Positions 20,816 through 33,862 of a stretch of DNA of 64,000 nt are shown here, one piece after another. The number at the start of each line of letters is the position of its first letter. The stretch's first letter is position 1. The position numbers and the translations under genes were made by a program. Under the pieces are notes generated by a model. The model did not search any database. It was not told where the DNA came from and saw nothing but the letters and a program-made list of their open reading frames with translations. Source of the DNA: Hormiphora californensis (lineage: Eukaryota; Animalia; Ctenophora); the NCBI GenBank assembly GCA_020137815.1, contig CM035351.1:4278001-4342000 (forward strand). The letters run 5' to 3'.

Positions 20816-22486
20816 TCAGTTTCGTGCTCTCCGAATGAGTTTAGCTGCATCCATCCTACAGCACGCCAGGGCTCTCTTCAGAGCGGTATTTCTCACCATG
20901 GACACCAGGGGAAACACCCAGAAACAGGTGTATTGAACCCACGTGGCAGCCTCTACAATAGGGCTGTGAGGTAGGGCCGGGGTAACCAGGGAGGGTAACA
21001 AGGGAATCATGGTAACCATGGTAACTATGATTCCACTCTTGGCAGCGTAGACATCTTGGGCTCGTTTTAGTGCTTTGCTGTCCTGGTAGGTGTTCATACC
21101 GTGAAACTGGCTCTTACTCTTTCTGATACACACCTGCAGGGTTGGATGTGTTAGAAGGGGCTTTATTGTAGAAGGGAATCGAGGCTGCTTAGTTAATATA
21201 AATGAGGAATATATGCGTATGCTCTCTGTCAGAGCATTGCCCTGACAGTGCATGCTCTAGAAGGTAATTACTAATTAGGAAAGATCAATGCAAGGGATAG
21301 TATCGACTATTATCATGGATAATATGGAGTGTTAGTTAGGCACACAGCCAAATTACTTACCACTAAAATAGCAGAGCATGTGATAGCTATTCCCAGGTAG
21401 GCCCAGTTGAGTACCATGGTATAGGCTGTGTAGATCACCCAAGATATATCACCACCCTCCCAGATACAGGCCGTGCCGGTATAGCGATACCCGCTGGCCA
21501 GGTCCCGTAGAGATATCAGGACAGTTGTGGGTATAGGTAGCAGGAGGGTTGCCACACACCCCAGAATTATCAGGGTCGGGTTAGGTCGGTATGTGAAGCG
21601 GTGGGACATGGCCCACATTGCCTGGAAACAAAGAGGGGTTACCATGGTTACATGGCCCACAGTGCCTAGAAACAAAGAGGGGGTTACCATGGTTACATGA
21701 CCCACAGTGCCTAGAAACAAAGAGGGGGTTACCATGGTTACATGACCCACATGGTGATCAGTGGTTACTGGGGTTTTGGAAAGAAGGGGTTCATTCGAAA
21801 TAGAAAGGACATTATGGGGAGGAGAGGGAGTTGAAAGAATATGTCTAGTATGATAATACCTCTAAGATGAGGCAGGAGAGGGATGCAAAGAAAGAGAGGG
21901 ATGTATGACTTTGTAGCAGTAGGAAGATTCCACACAAGTAGGGTGGTAGCCAGAGTCGGAGGGAGGCCAGAGTTAGTAGGGCAGTGCTGGCACCATGTAC
22001 CAAACCCTGGACTGCCATAACAAGGGTCGGGATACAAGGCAAACATCGGGATATCTTGATCTGAAAATATAATGAGGTAGCATGATAGGATGATCAGGTA
22101 CAGTGTGGGACACGTACCTTACTACCTTCACCAACAATTTTGGTCCTGTGTTAACAGCTTTAAAAAGTATCAAAATGCTAGCAGTGTCATACTCAGACAT
22201 ACTGTGGTAGCTGGGTGGTACAACACTAGTTTACAATATGTCTGGCAGCGACAGACCCCAATTTGACAGTGCGCTCAGATGGGGTCGCGACGCCAGACAG
22301 TTTACAATGTTCTGTTTACTAATGGTAGCTACTTACTTTTGACAAGAGAAGGAAGAGAAGAAAAGAGTTGAGGATGAATGTTAGGGTGGTTGTTGAGGCA
22401 AGGTAGCATTTAACAAGGATGGAACTTCCTTCCAGAGAGGTTGGGGTCTTCAATAAGCCAGTACTGTTTTCCGATCCACTCATCAT
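20816..22486 (-). CDS. Divergent rhodopsin-family (class A) GPCR; exons 22486-22337, 22060-21860, 21621-21361, 21133-20816
   Basis: About seven hydrophobic segments; N-glycosylation site NST; TM1 FILNSFLL; Cys at the TM3 start (LCGIF); DRY-position ILEAMWAMSHRFTY; ECL2 Cys (TACIW); helix-8-like RNTALKRALACC; all introns phase 0. Confidence 0.72.
22238..22300. mobile_element. 63-bp mini-MITE, copy 2 (GPCR intron 1)
   Basis: Homologous to 5876-5941; perfect 8-bp TSD TTTACAAT (22230-22237, 22301-22308). Confidence 0.88.
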
Positions 22487-22671
22487 GTCACGTCAGGTCG
22501 TCAGATTTCTAATAGCAGCTTAAGAAATGAGAATTAAGAAAACAAGAAATATGCAGCAGAGGAAATGTCAAATCATGCTAGAGAAGGGAAGGAGACTGGA
22601 GAGAGCCAAACTAGAAGTAGACAGCCAAACTAGAGAGAGAGAGAGGCACTAGGGAGTCAAACTAGAGAGAC

Positions 22672-22717
<46 letters not shown>

Positions 22718-23464
22718 AGACTACTAGAGAGAGCTAGAGAGAGAGACTAGAATGTCAAATTGATGTTGTTGATCAAGAGAGAAATAGAGCTGGGTTGCTG
22801 ATAGATGGTTTATGGTCGTTATGTATGTGAGTGTCTCAGGTGGTTATGCAACATAGCGAGAATTTATTATTGATTCCGTGGACATGAGGGGGAGCTAGGG
22901 AGTCGAGGGGTTGGTAACATCAAGAAGAAGCAGCAACAAGTTATATGATTCTATGACACCACTACTGCTGCACCAGCTGCAGGGGATGTATTGATAATCA
23001 ACAATTCGAACACTTCAAAGAACTCTCAACGTTATACCAAGAACTTGAATCGATTCAACTGCCGTACCAAGAACTTGAATCGATTCAACTACCACAGATG
23101 TTTGTTTCGTAGAAAATGGACTGCAAAGTTGCAAATTGTAAAACTGTTCAGTGAGAATATATACGGGCAATGCAACCAAAATAGAATTAGACTCGGCCCC
23201 GATTGATTGGTTAGTTAAATATTTAAAAATAGCAACAACTGTCAGTCTGTCAAATACAAAGGGGCAATATGAGTTTTAAATAAAGTTCTTTTTTGGAGGG
23301 GATATTTATAGCTCGAAGAGTATTAATCTATCTACAAGGTTCAGATAAAATGAACCCTCAAATAAAGTTGTTGTGATGGAACTAAATAAGCAGTGCCGGC
23401 ACGATAGACTGATAGAAGAATTGAAATAACTTGTCCGAGAACTTAATAAATAATAATAATATTA

Positions 23465-26400
23465 TGGGTGGAATATCTATTCATCTCCTAGGAAGGAAAG
23501 AGCAGGGAGGATATTGGAGTCTTGTACAGAGATGGAGTAAGGTCAGACTATCTCCGCCGGAAGCGTTAAAGTCATTCAGTCAGAGTGGAGCGCTCAGAGG
23601 GTGAAGTGCCATGATCGTCCCACCCTGGAATGCGTATTAAAGCGGGGGTAGATGTTGGGGTGTGTGACATGGGAGTGGAGGTCTTCTTGGTGCAAGGGTT
23701 TGGGTGTGTTCAAACATTTATCGCCCTCCTTACACTGGAAAAAGCACGATTCACTGCGGCATGTTTCTTGAGGAATTCGTGGATTACTTATCGGAGCTTA
23801 ACTTGCGGACTGGATCCCTGTATTGATGGGTGTTTCAACTTTCAAGTGCAGGACTTGTCTGACTTCTATTGATGAAAAGTTCCTGAACTTTTGGACTCCT
23901 TTGGACTAGAACAGCTTAATCCTTGTCAACCGACTCACATAGAGGTGGAACTCTGGATCTCGTGATTTGTCAGAGTGACCTTAGGCGAAGTTTGGATCTG
24001 TGGAATACTGGAGGAATGGCACCGAATCGGACCATTACAGGTTCTATGTGAACTGTTATTCATACTGAAGCAGTGGATTCCGGAGCAGACGACAAGTTGA
24101 AATGTACAGAGATTTTAAATTTGTTGATCCAGAAAACTGTTCAGGCAGGCATGAGGAACCTTGGACTTGATGATCTTCTTGTAGCGGATTTCCTGAGGAA
24201 AAACTTCGGATCTATGAGAAGGTGCTTGGTGGATCTAGTGAGCCGAACATGTTGAACTGAAGAAGAGACGAAAGGGAAGAAGTTTAAGCCGTGGAGAGAG
24301 GATGATAGTGTCAAGGAGGCGCTAAGACTACGCGACGGGCTGAGCGTGCTTGGATGAAGAAACAAGTCCGATACGTAAGGCTCAGCTAAATGACTTGAAG
24401 AGACAGTTTGGAAAAGTTGATAAGAACGCGAGGCTAGGATACAACAAGAAAGATCTAGAAGAGTCTAAAGACGATCCCAAGGGTTTACAGCGAAAGGTTA
24501 ATCGTCTTCTTGGGAAGGCCGAGAGTATGCTTCCGGAAGCTGGTTGTGATAAGAAGCTAGCAGAGGACTTCGCTGAGTTCTCAGGGGAAAGTGGATAAGA
24601 TCCGTTCATCAGTGCGGTGGAACAGTTGATCTTGAGGATGGTGAAAGTACGGAAACTCTTCCAGAATGCAAACTTGCTCAGTTCGAGGAGGTTTCTTGTG
24701 GAGTATTATAAGGGCCTTATCAAGGATATGCCGGACAAGTCTGTGACTGGATATCATCCCCACCTGGTTGGTTAAGAGATGTATCCATGAATTTGCCCGT
24801 GGATTACTGCACTGGGGAATGGCTCTATTGTGAGCTCGACTGTTCCAGATTCGTTCCAGCAAGCCCTGGTGTTCCCGACGATTAAGAATGCTCAAGGTGA
24901 CCTGACAGCTTACAGAAACTACAGACCAGGTCGAACCTGCTGTTTATCTCGAAGGTTCTCGAGAAAGTAGTACTGGATCAATTGACCTGCTACCTGGAGG
25001 ATAACAGCCTACTGAACAAGAACCAATCAGGATATAGGGTTGGCCATAGCTGTGAAACCCTACTCACTGGAATGTTTGAGGATTTACTTGAGGAAATGGA
25101 CAGAGGAAATGTTATGGCACTTCTGCTATAGACATGAGTGTGCTTTGACACGGTAGATCATACCATGTGGTCCAAGTGTTAAACAGTCGGTTTGGAATCT
25201 GTGGAGCGGCGCTCAGTTGGTTTGAGAGGTACTTGGGGAGCAGAAGCTACAGGGTCAACGTTCGAGGAAACCTCTCTGGAATTGTCAAGCTAGTATGTGG
25301 TGTCCCACAGGGCTCACTATTAGGTCCAGTCTTGTTTCTAATGTAGTGGAAGAATTCAGGACCTGTTGAACGATATGGGGTGAAGATAAAACTTTATGCA
25401 GACGACTCCCAATTGTACATGAGTCTAGTTCCTCAGGATGGTTGAAGGATGGCTTCAAGTCAAGGAGAACGTGAGAACTGTTAAAGGAGGTGAAGAGTTG
25501 GATGGTGAAGCACTGGCTGAGATGTAATGAAGCGAAGACGGAGCTACTGTTACTTGGAAAGAATGGGAGCACTGAGAAACTAGCCTATGAGCCCTACTGT
25601 TTCGGAGACACGGAAATCTTTCCGGTGGACTTTAGAGGAACTACAGGAAAGACGCTTGGCGTCTATCTTGACAGCCAACTAACTATGGAACGGCAAGTTA
25701 ACAGTGTGCAGAGGCAGTGTGTGGTATGATTCTGAGGAACCTTTGGCAGGTCAATCGCTGCTTGGACCTTCTACTGAGGATTCTATGGTAAAACAGCTAG
25801 TTATTCAAGGTTAGACTACTGCAATATACTGTACTATGGACTTCCGAAGAAATACATCAACCTTCTACAGAAGACTTACACTCCTGTGTTGGTTCGTGTA
25901 TGGTCTTCACGGACATCAAGATGATTATACGCGTACCTGAAGGAAATGCTGTCTTCCTATTGAACAGGGATTGTGTTCAAAGCCTGTCAAAAGCCTACAA
26001 GATTGTTCATCGAAACAGCTCCGGAATACCTAACTGACAAAGTACACAGGTGTTGATGAGGTTGATAGTCTCAGCCTTACGAGGGCCACCGCTATTCCAG
26101 ACGAGTGTCAGACTGCGGTTCCCGAAGCTCTCTAGTGTCAACGCCAGTTCGAAACTGAGGAGGAGGCGACCGTGTGTATTTACCTAGCTGTGGAACAATC
26201 TTCCCTTGGACATGAGATCTATTCAGCTCGTTGACTCTTTCAAGACAAGACTGAAGACCCGACTGTTTATGGAGGTTGGGTCGTCGGAAGGTGTAAGTAC
26301 TCCTTAGGACTTGTAATCAGTTTTTTCATTCCTTTTCGTTTGGAACAGTTTGTATCGGATTTTTAATCAGCATTTTTTCTGAGGGTTTGAAGCACGAGTG

Positions 26401-26667
26401 GATATTGTGTGAAGCAGTGTGAATTTTATCTATACAGGATTATTTTGGGACTTTTATCCATCTAAGTCAGTGATTGTCATCAGTTTTTTCCCCACATTAT
26501 GTGAGCCGTTTTAATTCAGTTTTTCCTAGTTGGTCTTCTAAGAGAGTGTTTTTTCTAACTTTGTATCCGCTTGATTGCCGTCAGTGGTAGTAGTTATTAT
26601 TTTGATCTATTGCCCCGGGACGGTATGGGCGGAATATAAGTACGTGTATTATTATTATTATTATTAT
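23465..26667 (+). mobile_element. Degenerate non-LTR retrotransposon (L2/CR1 group) ORF2 with APE endonuclease and RT remnants, 3' UTR and (ATT)n tail
   Basis: Frame-broken motifs IYRPP, THIRGGTLDLVI, LFISKVLEKVV, NQSGYRVGHSCETLL, FDTVDH, GVPQGSLLGPVLF, LYADDSQLY, NEAKTE, RLDYCNILYYGLP, WNNLPLDMRS...FKTRLKTRLF; tail at 26647-26667. Confidence 0.92.
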
Positions 26668-27956
26668 AAATTTAAATAGTGAGAAAAAGGAGTACTGCAG
26701 TCTACCCAGTTGAGACTGACTATAAGATAAGAAAGATCTCTCACGATATTAAGTTGCTTCGTGTGAGACTGACCTATGAGCCAAGATATAGGTCCCATGA
26801 CCAAGACCTCTCTTTGCTTTCACTTTGCTTCGAGGTCGACCTTACTGTTAATTAGACACACACGAAGTAGCTCTTTTCGTTTGAAGTACCTAACAAGCGA
26901 GGACACGAGCCGAGCTTGGGGACCGAGTGCACCCCGCATAGACAGCCACGACCGATTAGGTGAAAGGTCACGACGTTTCCCCGGACAAGAAAGAAATAAT
27001 CTGACCGATAGGGAACCGATAGTGCACTTCACGAGGGTGTCCAAACGGGCCGACGTAGTAATCAATTTTAATATTTTAATATTTACTACATAGTGTAATA
27101 TTTCTAAAAATGAACTTGCAGACTAAGCTGTTCTTCAAGAAATTCTTGATTTTTACTAAAAATTTTAGATCAGCTCACCAGTCACATACCAGACTAGATT
27201 TCTTCAAACTGACAACTGCACGACGGGAAGTGGGTACAAGAAAGTAAGAAACGCGTACAAACTGGCTTAAATTTTAGTTAAGAAATATTCAGAAAAGTTA
27301 AAATTCTAAATAATCATTATCAACATCAAGATTATAAAGCTAAAGTCTCTAGAGAACTGTATGTCATGATATACTCATTGTGATCAAATACCCCTATAAT
27401 ATTCTTGCCTGGCTAGACTACGTGTTTCGGGCGCCCCGTAAGGGAGGGTTAGAACATAGCAATAATATTCAACAGCTGAGTCGATAACTAATTAGTCAAA
27501 CCTAATACCTCACACCTATAATACAAATATAATAATGTTGTGTGTCGTAGTGATGATGCACTGTTTCACACTATATCATATTGCTAACAACGCGTCACTT
27601 CCTTTGAGATGTAACAACTCAAGTCACACTGAGACATATACACTGCACATGTATTTACTAGAAAATGAAGCGCTAGATCAGCCATAACAAGTACAGCTGT
27701 TCCTTTATCAAACAGCGGCTATAAAAGAGAGGAATCTAATATAGTGGGGAGTCTACATAGGCGACAAACAGGCAATAGAGATCGGGATGGAGAGAGAGTC
27801 TGGGATCGTGATGGAGAGAGAGTTAGAGGGAAATACATGGATGGACTTGGAGAGAGATAGATGTCAATTAGTAGGGCAGCTGCTGGCACTTTATTATAGG
27901 AGAACTTGCACTTGGCCTGATTTTGGAGAGGGCTGGGGGAAGGATCAAAAGGTAAA

Positions 27957-27961
<5 letters not shown>

Positions 27962-28037
<76 letters not shown>
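27962..28037. repeat. (GA)n microsatellite
   Basis: Direct inspection; another near 22673-22715. Confidence 0.98.
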
Positions 28038-28042
<5 letters not shown>

Positions 28043-29753
28043 AGAGTAATTGTATTGATAGCTATTATATCTCTCCATGATTTGCGGTGTCTTTAGTGAT
28101 GACCTAGATGACATTGTTATAATAGAGGCCCACAGGTCTGCAGAGTGCAGAATATTAACGACCTTTTTTCATTGGACTTGGAGCCAGGTTAGGACTAATT
28201 GCTATCTCAATCTGCATCTACATCAGTCATCTACGCTCCAGTTGCAGATTGGAGGCTGGCTCCAGTTCTGGGGCCAGCCTCCAGTCTGCAACTGGCGCAA
28301 GCTGGGAGAGTCCCTGTGCCGGCAAATCTTCGTGACTAGCAGGTTTTCGATGTGAATTGCATGTAAAGTGCGCGCGCGGCAGTGTCAGCAGTGTCAGCAG
28401 GGGCCTGCTTCATTGTAACTAACATCAGTCGCAAAATCTTAACTGGACCCAGGGTCCAGTTAGAGATTTTGCGACTGATGTTAGTTGTGAGGTGTTTTGG
28501 TCTATGTTGATGTTCTATAAAAAAAGGTACAACTACCAGAGATTCGATCATATAACCACAGGGATCCGATCACAATCAGTGATTGAATCACATCTTTCAG
28601 GTCAAAGTAGAAAGAAAAAAATGATTAGATGCACATTACACATGCACAAAAGTTCAATGCAATAAAGCCAGCTTCATAAGGGTTATGAGCTAAGGGAAAA
28701 AAGGCAAAAAATAGAGCATGAGAATGTCATGTAATTGGGCAATATCTAGATATATATGCTTTATTCTATATCTAATGCTTCTAATTTTCACAAATCTTTG
28801 ATGATATTACCACTCGTCATTTTCTGCACTCTACAGAGTACAGCTACCACACCCTTTTTACTAAATATAAATACCCTACAGCACATATTCCCAATGTTCA
28901 ATCCCCGGCCTCCCTTTTGCTACCTCCCTCTCTGTCTCTATCCGCCAAACGTCAATCCGATACTACAAGCAGTACTTGTCAAATACAAGCATGGTACAAG
29001 CAGTAACCACTGCAGCAGCTGCATGTAGCAAGGGCCGGGCTCACATGCTAGGAACCCCATGGCCCCAATTGCAATACTTGACAAGATCGGCTGGTATAAT
29101 AATGGTATAATGGTATGGGGCCAGGGACAGTGGCCTGGAAATAAAAAATGTTCCAGCTTGCAGTTGCAGTAGGCAGTATCCGAAAAAGAACGACTTCCGC
29201 AAGAAGGATACTGCAGCTAAACAGTTCTCCTATTATATAACATCCTAACTCGTTAATCAAGTATCCAAGCCAGGTTAAACAATCTCCACGATTTTGCGTC
29301 AAGAGAGGGAGAGGGAGAGATGCCCGGAGAGGAATCCCCCTCTATCTCTCTCGCTCTCTCTCTAGAGAGAGATGACTGGTTTCTCGCCTAACATTTATGA
29401 ATTCCAAGTAAATTTCTTTCCTGAATTCCTGGAAAATGTTTTTCTTTCCATTTTTAAAAAATTAAATGGTGGCTTTGCTTTTAAATGCAGGTGTGAGTTT
29501 GTCAAATGGAGTATAATAGCGGGACTAAAATGGAAATGAGAGTGCAAAAAAAAATCAAAGCAAGAAACGTATTTGTCAAGAGCGAAGCCACCATTAAATA
29601 TTGTTGCAAAGAATCAAAATCGGTTTTTAAAACAAGGAAGAAACATAAATTATTTGACATACAGGCTATTTTTCTGGACTATAATATTTTCAATAGTTTA
29701 AAATGGTATGACCCCTTTTCTTCTTTCCATCCTCTCCTACAACGCATTGGTTG

Positions 29754-32519
29754 CTATAAGCCACCAATCAATACAAGTTTCTCAAATTCTGCCTCTTGCA
29801 GATGAACTCTCAGTTCAGTCCCAATTCTCTCATTCTCGAGTGTGGTTTTCTTGTTCGTTATGGCACGGGACACACGGTTAAAAGTTTCGTTAAAGGACTT
29901 CTCAGACACATCTTGGGAGAGGACCCTCTCAAACACTTTGCTCAGTTCCTCCTTTAGTCCGTGTAGATGACGCTCCAGGGTTGAGTGGTGTCGCTGAAAT
30001 GAGGCAGAAGTTGTAAATGTATTGGTATTCAAGGAATAAGGTTTTTCTATCAGAAATAGGAAATTTAGAGTCCTATCTACGCCGAAACTAAGTGGTAAAT
30101 CTGTCACGAAGTAAGGAAAACAAGTTTTATTTACCTCCATAACATCTTTTGCTAGTTTCAGTTCCTTCACAACTCCATTTAGTTCTGAAATGTGGGATGT
30201 TAGGACAGAATTCTGCTCTTCCAGTTCAACTGCTCCTTTTCTTAGAGTGCGGAGTTCAGCTTCTAGTGCTGTGGGGAGAGAGTCAACATTTAGGGACAAA
30301 ATATGAAGAAGAACACTAAATATTTAGTACAATAAGTGGAGTTTCGATTGACACGCAGTATAACACTGACTCGCCTTAAAAGTAAAAAGTGAATGTGGTT
30401 TACCTTTATTATAATCAAGGAATTCTTCGGTAAATATTGGTTTATTAAAAGTTAGGAAGGCTCTGCATTGTGCCGTCTCTTCAATATTCTTTTGTTTGTT
30501 TCGGAGGTGGGTGTCAGACATTTCGTGATCTGCTCGGTGTTTCAGGGACTTTAGGGGAACATCACACATCTCACAATGAAGAACAACCTGAGGGGGTATG
30601 AAATGTCAATAAAAATTAGGGCACTGTTAGAATTTAGGAATTGCCGCAGGCCGAAATTAGAAGAATGAGCTTGGGCAGGGATCGAATTCAGCTCGAAATT
30701 TGGGCAGCTTATTTATGCGCGCATTTTGCCGATGCTGACAGAGTGCACTTCCATAATAACGCGCACACCGCGCCTTACCTTATCTTCGTACTCTCCGATC
30801 AAGTTGTCAATGCGCCGAGATATTTTGTCTCTCGAAACATCCTCCACTCCATCACTTTTCCGGGACCTTCCCCTCTTTGCTGCTGGTTTCTCTCCAACAG
30901 TGGTTACAGGCTCCGCGGCAGCTTTTCGTTTCTTCAGAGTATTCGAGATCCGGATTGTTCGGGCAGTGAACATTTTAGCGGGGATTGCATCCTCCGGGTA
31001 TGGCTCTTCCTCGCTAGGTGGGTTAGTAGGGACTTGGTTGTTTGGTTTAAACAGAGTTATTCTGTTGTCCTGGAGGTGGAGACGCGTCTGGACAACCAAC
31101 AGGTTGGGAACTGGCTTCGCTAGTCCTGCAGTACTTTCTAAGAGGGGTTGAGGGCGTTTTAGTTTTTGTATAACATAACCAAACACATATAATAATAAAA
31201 AACTAGTGTGATCCCAACTCATCCTAAATTTGATCCGATGCCACTAAAATATCCCTACCCCACATCCACATACCAAGCTTGTTGCCGGGTAGTTCAACTG
31301 TAGAAGCGGTATCAAATTGTGCCATGACACATAAATCTTCTATCATCGGCCAGGGTGCGTCCTTGTGGGGTACTTTTAGGATGTGGTCACGACGGTCACC
31401 GGGACTAGTGAACCGTTCCTCGCAGTATGGACACATAAAGTGGAAATTAGGGCACTCCTGATGTGGTGTGTTTAGTCAGTTAAGAGGCATATCTTTAGTA
31501 ATAGGACAAAATGGAGGGAGGAGGAAGTATCAGAAAAAGAGAGCAGATAGACTGTCCCATATATTTACCTCGATTTCCTCACTGGAATGGTTGTGCGGAA
31601 CACCCCATTCAATCTTCTGATTCTTCAGCTTGATCTCAAACCTAGGAAATAATAATATTAATGGTTGGGACTTGATGATAACTATTGAAGCAACATACAA
31701 ACAAACAAATAAATACATTTAGACAAACGGACAAACAAGCAATCTGAACAAACAATCTGAACAATCTGAACAAACAAAGAAACAAACAAAGAAACAAACA
31801 AAGAAACAAACAAACAAACAAACAAACAAACAAACAAACAAATATCCACATACTTGCAGCCGTGTGCAGCCCCATAACGACATGAAAATGTTGTCGTTCC
31901 ATTATTTGCCCGGTGTCGCTGATACATGAACCACCCATCAGCTACCACAGTATACCTCTCATATCTTCGACCCATTGGGAACATTTCAACAACTCTACTC
32001 TCAACAGCAGGGACACCCCTCTTCAAAACAGCCGAGTTTAGGGCAGCCAGATCGGAGGATTCGGTGTCGAGATATTTGTCCAGGTCAGCCTCGTACGTTT
32101 GTTTGTCATTTTCCTCCATAATATCGTGTAACTAGGTGAGAGATGGGTTACATCGTGTATGTGGAGATGAGTTATGACTGGGGGATGGGTGGAAAGAGAA
32201 ACATATACTGGGTGTCGGGTGAGTTTTTGATTGAGGTTGAGGTAATTTATATTTCTATCAATTTGGTACCCCAAGAGATCAGTACCTGTTTCTCAGTCTC
32301 AGTAAGGGGCTGCTCCTGTTGTTCTATTTCATCAGACATCACTCTGTCCTGTTGTAGCTCTATTTCATCAGACAGCACTCTGTCCTGCTCGGCTCCCTCT
32401 ACTTCCATATCTTGCTGGTCAATATCACACGACTGTTCGTTATTCTCTGGCTCCATGACCCCCGGTGTCGGAGTAAAGTGTTCCATGACATTCATGTTCG
32501 AATTCTCATCCGCCTCCAT
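29754..32519 (-). CDS. About 561-aa protein: FLYWCH-like finger, C2H2 finger, matrin-type finger and HMG20A/B-type coiled coil, no HMG box; exons 32519-32286, 32131-31854, 31641-31569, 31457-31274, 31137-30779, 30587-30404, 30268-30135, 29993-29754
   Basis: Phases are consistent across all junctions. VADGWFMYQRHRANNGTTTFSCRYGAAHGCKFEIK...PHNH; [81 protein letters not shown] (HMG20 signature). Confidence 0.8.
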
Positions 32520-32596
32520 TCTATCACACAGAATGCGTTTAGTTTTTTGGTTAGCACACGCAAAAAATAAAACAAAATCTGTTTAAAAAAAGGGAA

Positions 32597-33071
32597 AACA
32601 AGAATTATTTGCATTATGTATCCATAATGCTACGTTTCCCTGCCCTCTTCGATTTGCCATTCAACTCGCCCAACGAGTAAGCTGTCCGCAAAATGGGGAT
32701 TTGTGTTTTTCGAATTTTTGAACAAAGCGCAGAACAGATTTTTCAATTTCCGTTTTCCCATTTTTCAATTTCCATTTTCCCCAATCAAAACGTGCGGCCG
32801 ATATAAAACAAATTTTGCCGCGCGTTACAGTTTATAGCCGCGCGCCCCTCATAAAATTTCAATTGTTTGTGCGTGCGCATTTTACTCCGCAAGTGGCAGA
32901 TCGTGCGTGCCGCGACGTTGCCCCTCGCAACGAAAGTGTGACCAAAATGGTCCCTCTACCGATTAGTTAGTATACCAAAATGTCGTTTTCGAATTCTAAC
33001 CCTGCTATGCCTTTTTACAAAGTAAAAAGGCATCCGGGTGAATGCCTTCGGCATTCACCCGGGCAGGGAAA
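32597..33071 (-). mobile_element. HINE/DINE-1-like element, family 2 copy 2 (same termini as 13859-14512, different interior)
   Basis: AACAAGAATTATTTGCATTATGTATCCATAATGC...TTTCCCTGCCC and CCGGGTGAATGCC-TTC-GGCATTCACCCGGGCAGGGAAA. Confidence 0.78.
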
Positions 33072-33250
33072 TAAAATAACACTGGATTTCAATCATCAGA
33101 CATTTCACATTTAAATATAACTCCCATATTGTTTATTGATCTTAGTTCATTGTTCCTACTTCGTGTTGTTCCTTGTATTACTGAGGGTCACCGCCTGATG
33201 CGATCTATTAGGCAGGGCTAGAGAATTTGTTCATTGGTCCATACTACACT

Positions 33251-33826
33251 TCATACCAGTGAGATATAATCGATTTCCAAACTGCCAGATCCAGACTGTT
33301 TGTAGGTCGCATAAACACCTCCATATCCCTGGATCCCGATCTCGGTCATATTTCCCAGGTCCATAATAGGGGCATCAGGTTGTTCGGCACCATGGTAATA
33401 CGCCTTGAAGTCGCTGATAGGCAGATCCACAACCACAAACTGGTTATTCAGAGGACACTCAAACGTCTGCTCGTAGTTGTACTTCACTGTATCAGAGTTA
33501 AAGTAGACCTTCCAGTGGGACAACTCACCCTGGGCCCTAACTTTCAGTTGCACAGAACTTGGGTTGGATGTGATAGTTGTGGGGAGGCGAGTCACTGAAC
33601 CAGCGAAACAGGCTCCATTAGGTTGAGGGTTCAACATGGCGAAGAAGACCGCTCTCTGGAAGAGTTGAGTCTTCTGGAGGGTCAGCACTCCTTTTGACTT
33701 GCCAGGGACCCGGACAGTGTCACTGACTTCTTTCCAGCCATCCACGTTGGGGATGGTGGTAAAGTCGAACAGTATTTCAGCACTGCTCATGGAGAGGAGA
33801 AGGGAGGTAGCTAGTAGAGAGTACAT
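33251..33826 (-). CDS. Secreted CIA30-domain (NDUFAF1-like fold) protein, intronless, 191 aa
   Basis: Signal peptide MYSLLATSLLLSMSSA; LFDFT...WKEVSDTVRVPGKSKG, NGACFAG, VDLPISDFKAYYHG, GSLEIDYI resemble CIA30-family motifs. Confidence 0.8.
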   Translation of the reverse strand: MYSLLATSLLLSMSSAEILFDFTTIPNVDGWKEVSDTVRVPGKSKGVLTLQKTQLFQRAVFFAMLNPQPNGACFAGSVTRLPTTITSNPSSVQLKVRAQGELSHWKVYFNSDTVKYNYEQTFECPLNNQFVVVDLPISDFKAYYHGAEQPDAPIMDLGNMTEIGIQGYGGVYATYKQSGSGSLEIDYISLV

Positions 33827-33862
33827 CGTGTTGAGAAGTGGGGGAGGCTGGAGAAAGGCTGG

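Noticed and set aside
21973-22200. ORF MSEYDTAS... as the GPCR start
   Set aside because: It lies mostly in intron 1; exon 22486-22337 supplies TM1 and splices in frame to 22060.
26700-27950. Short ORFs and a TATAAAAG at about 27720
   Set aside because: No splice-consistent model or recognisable protein.
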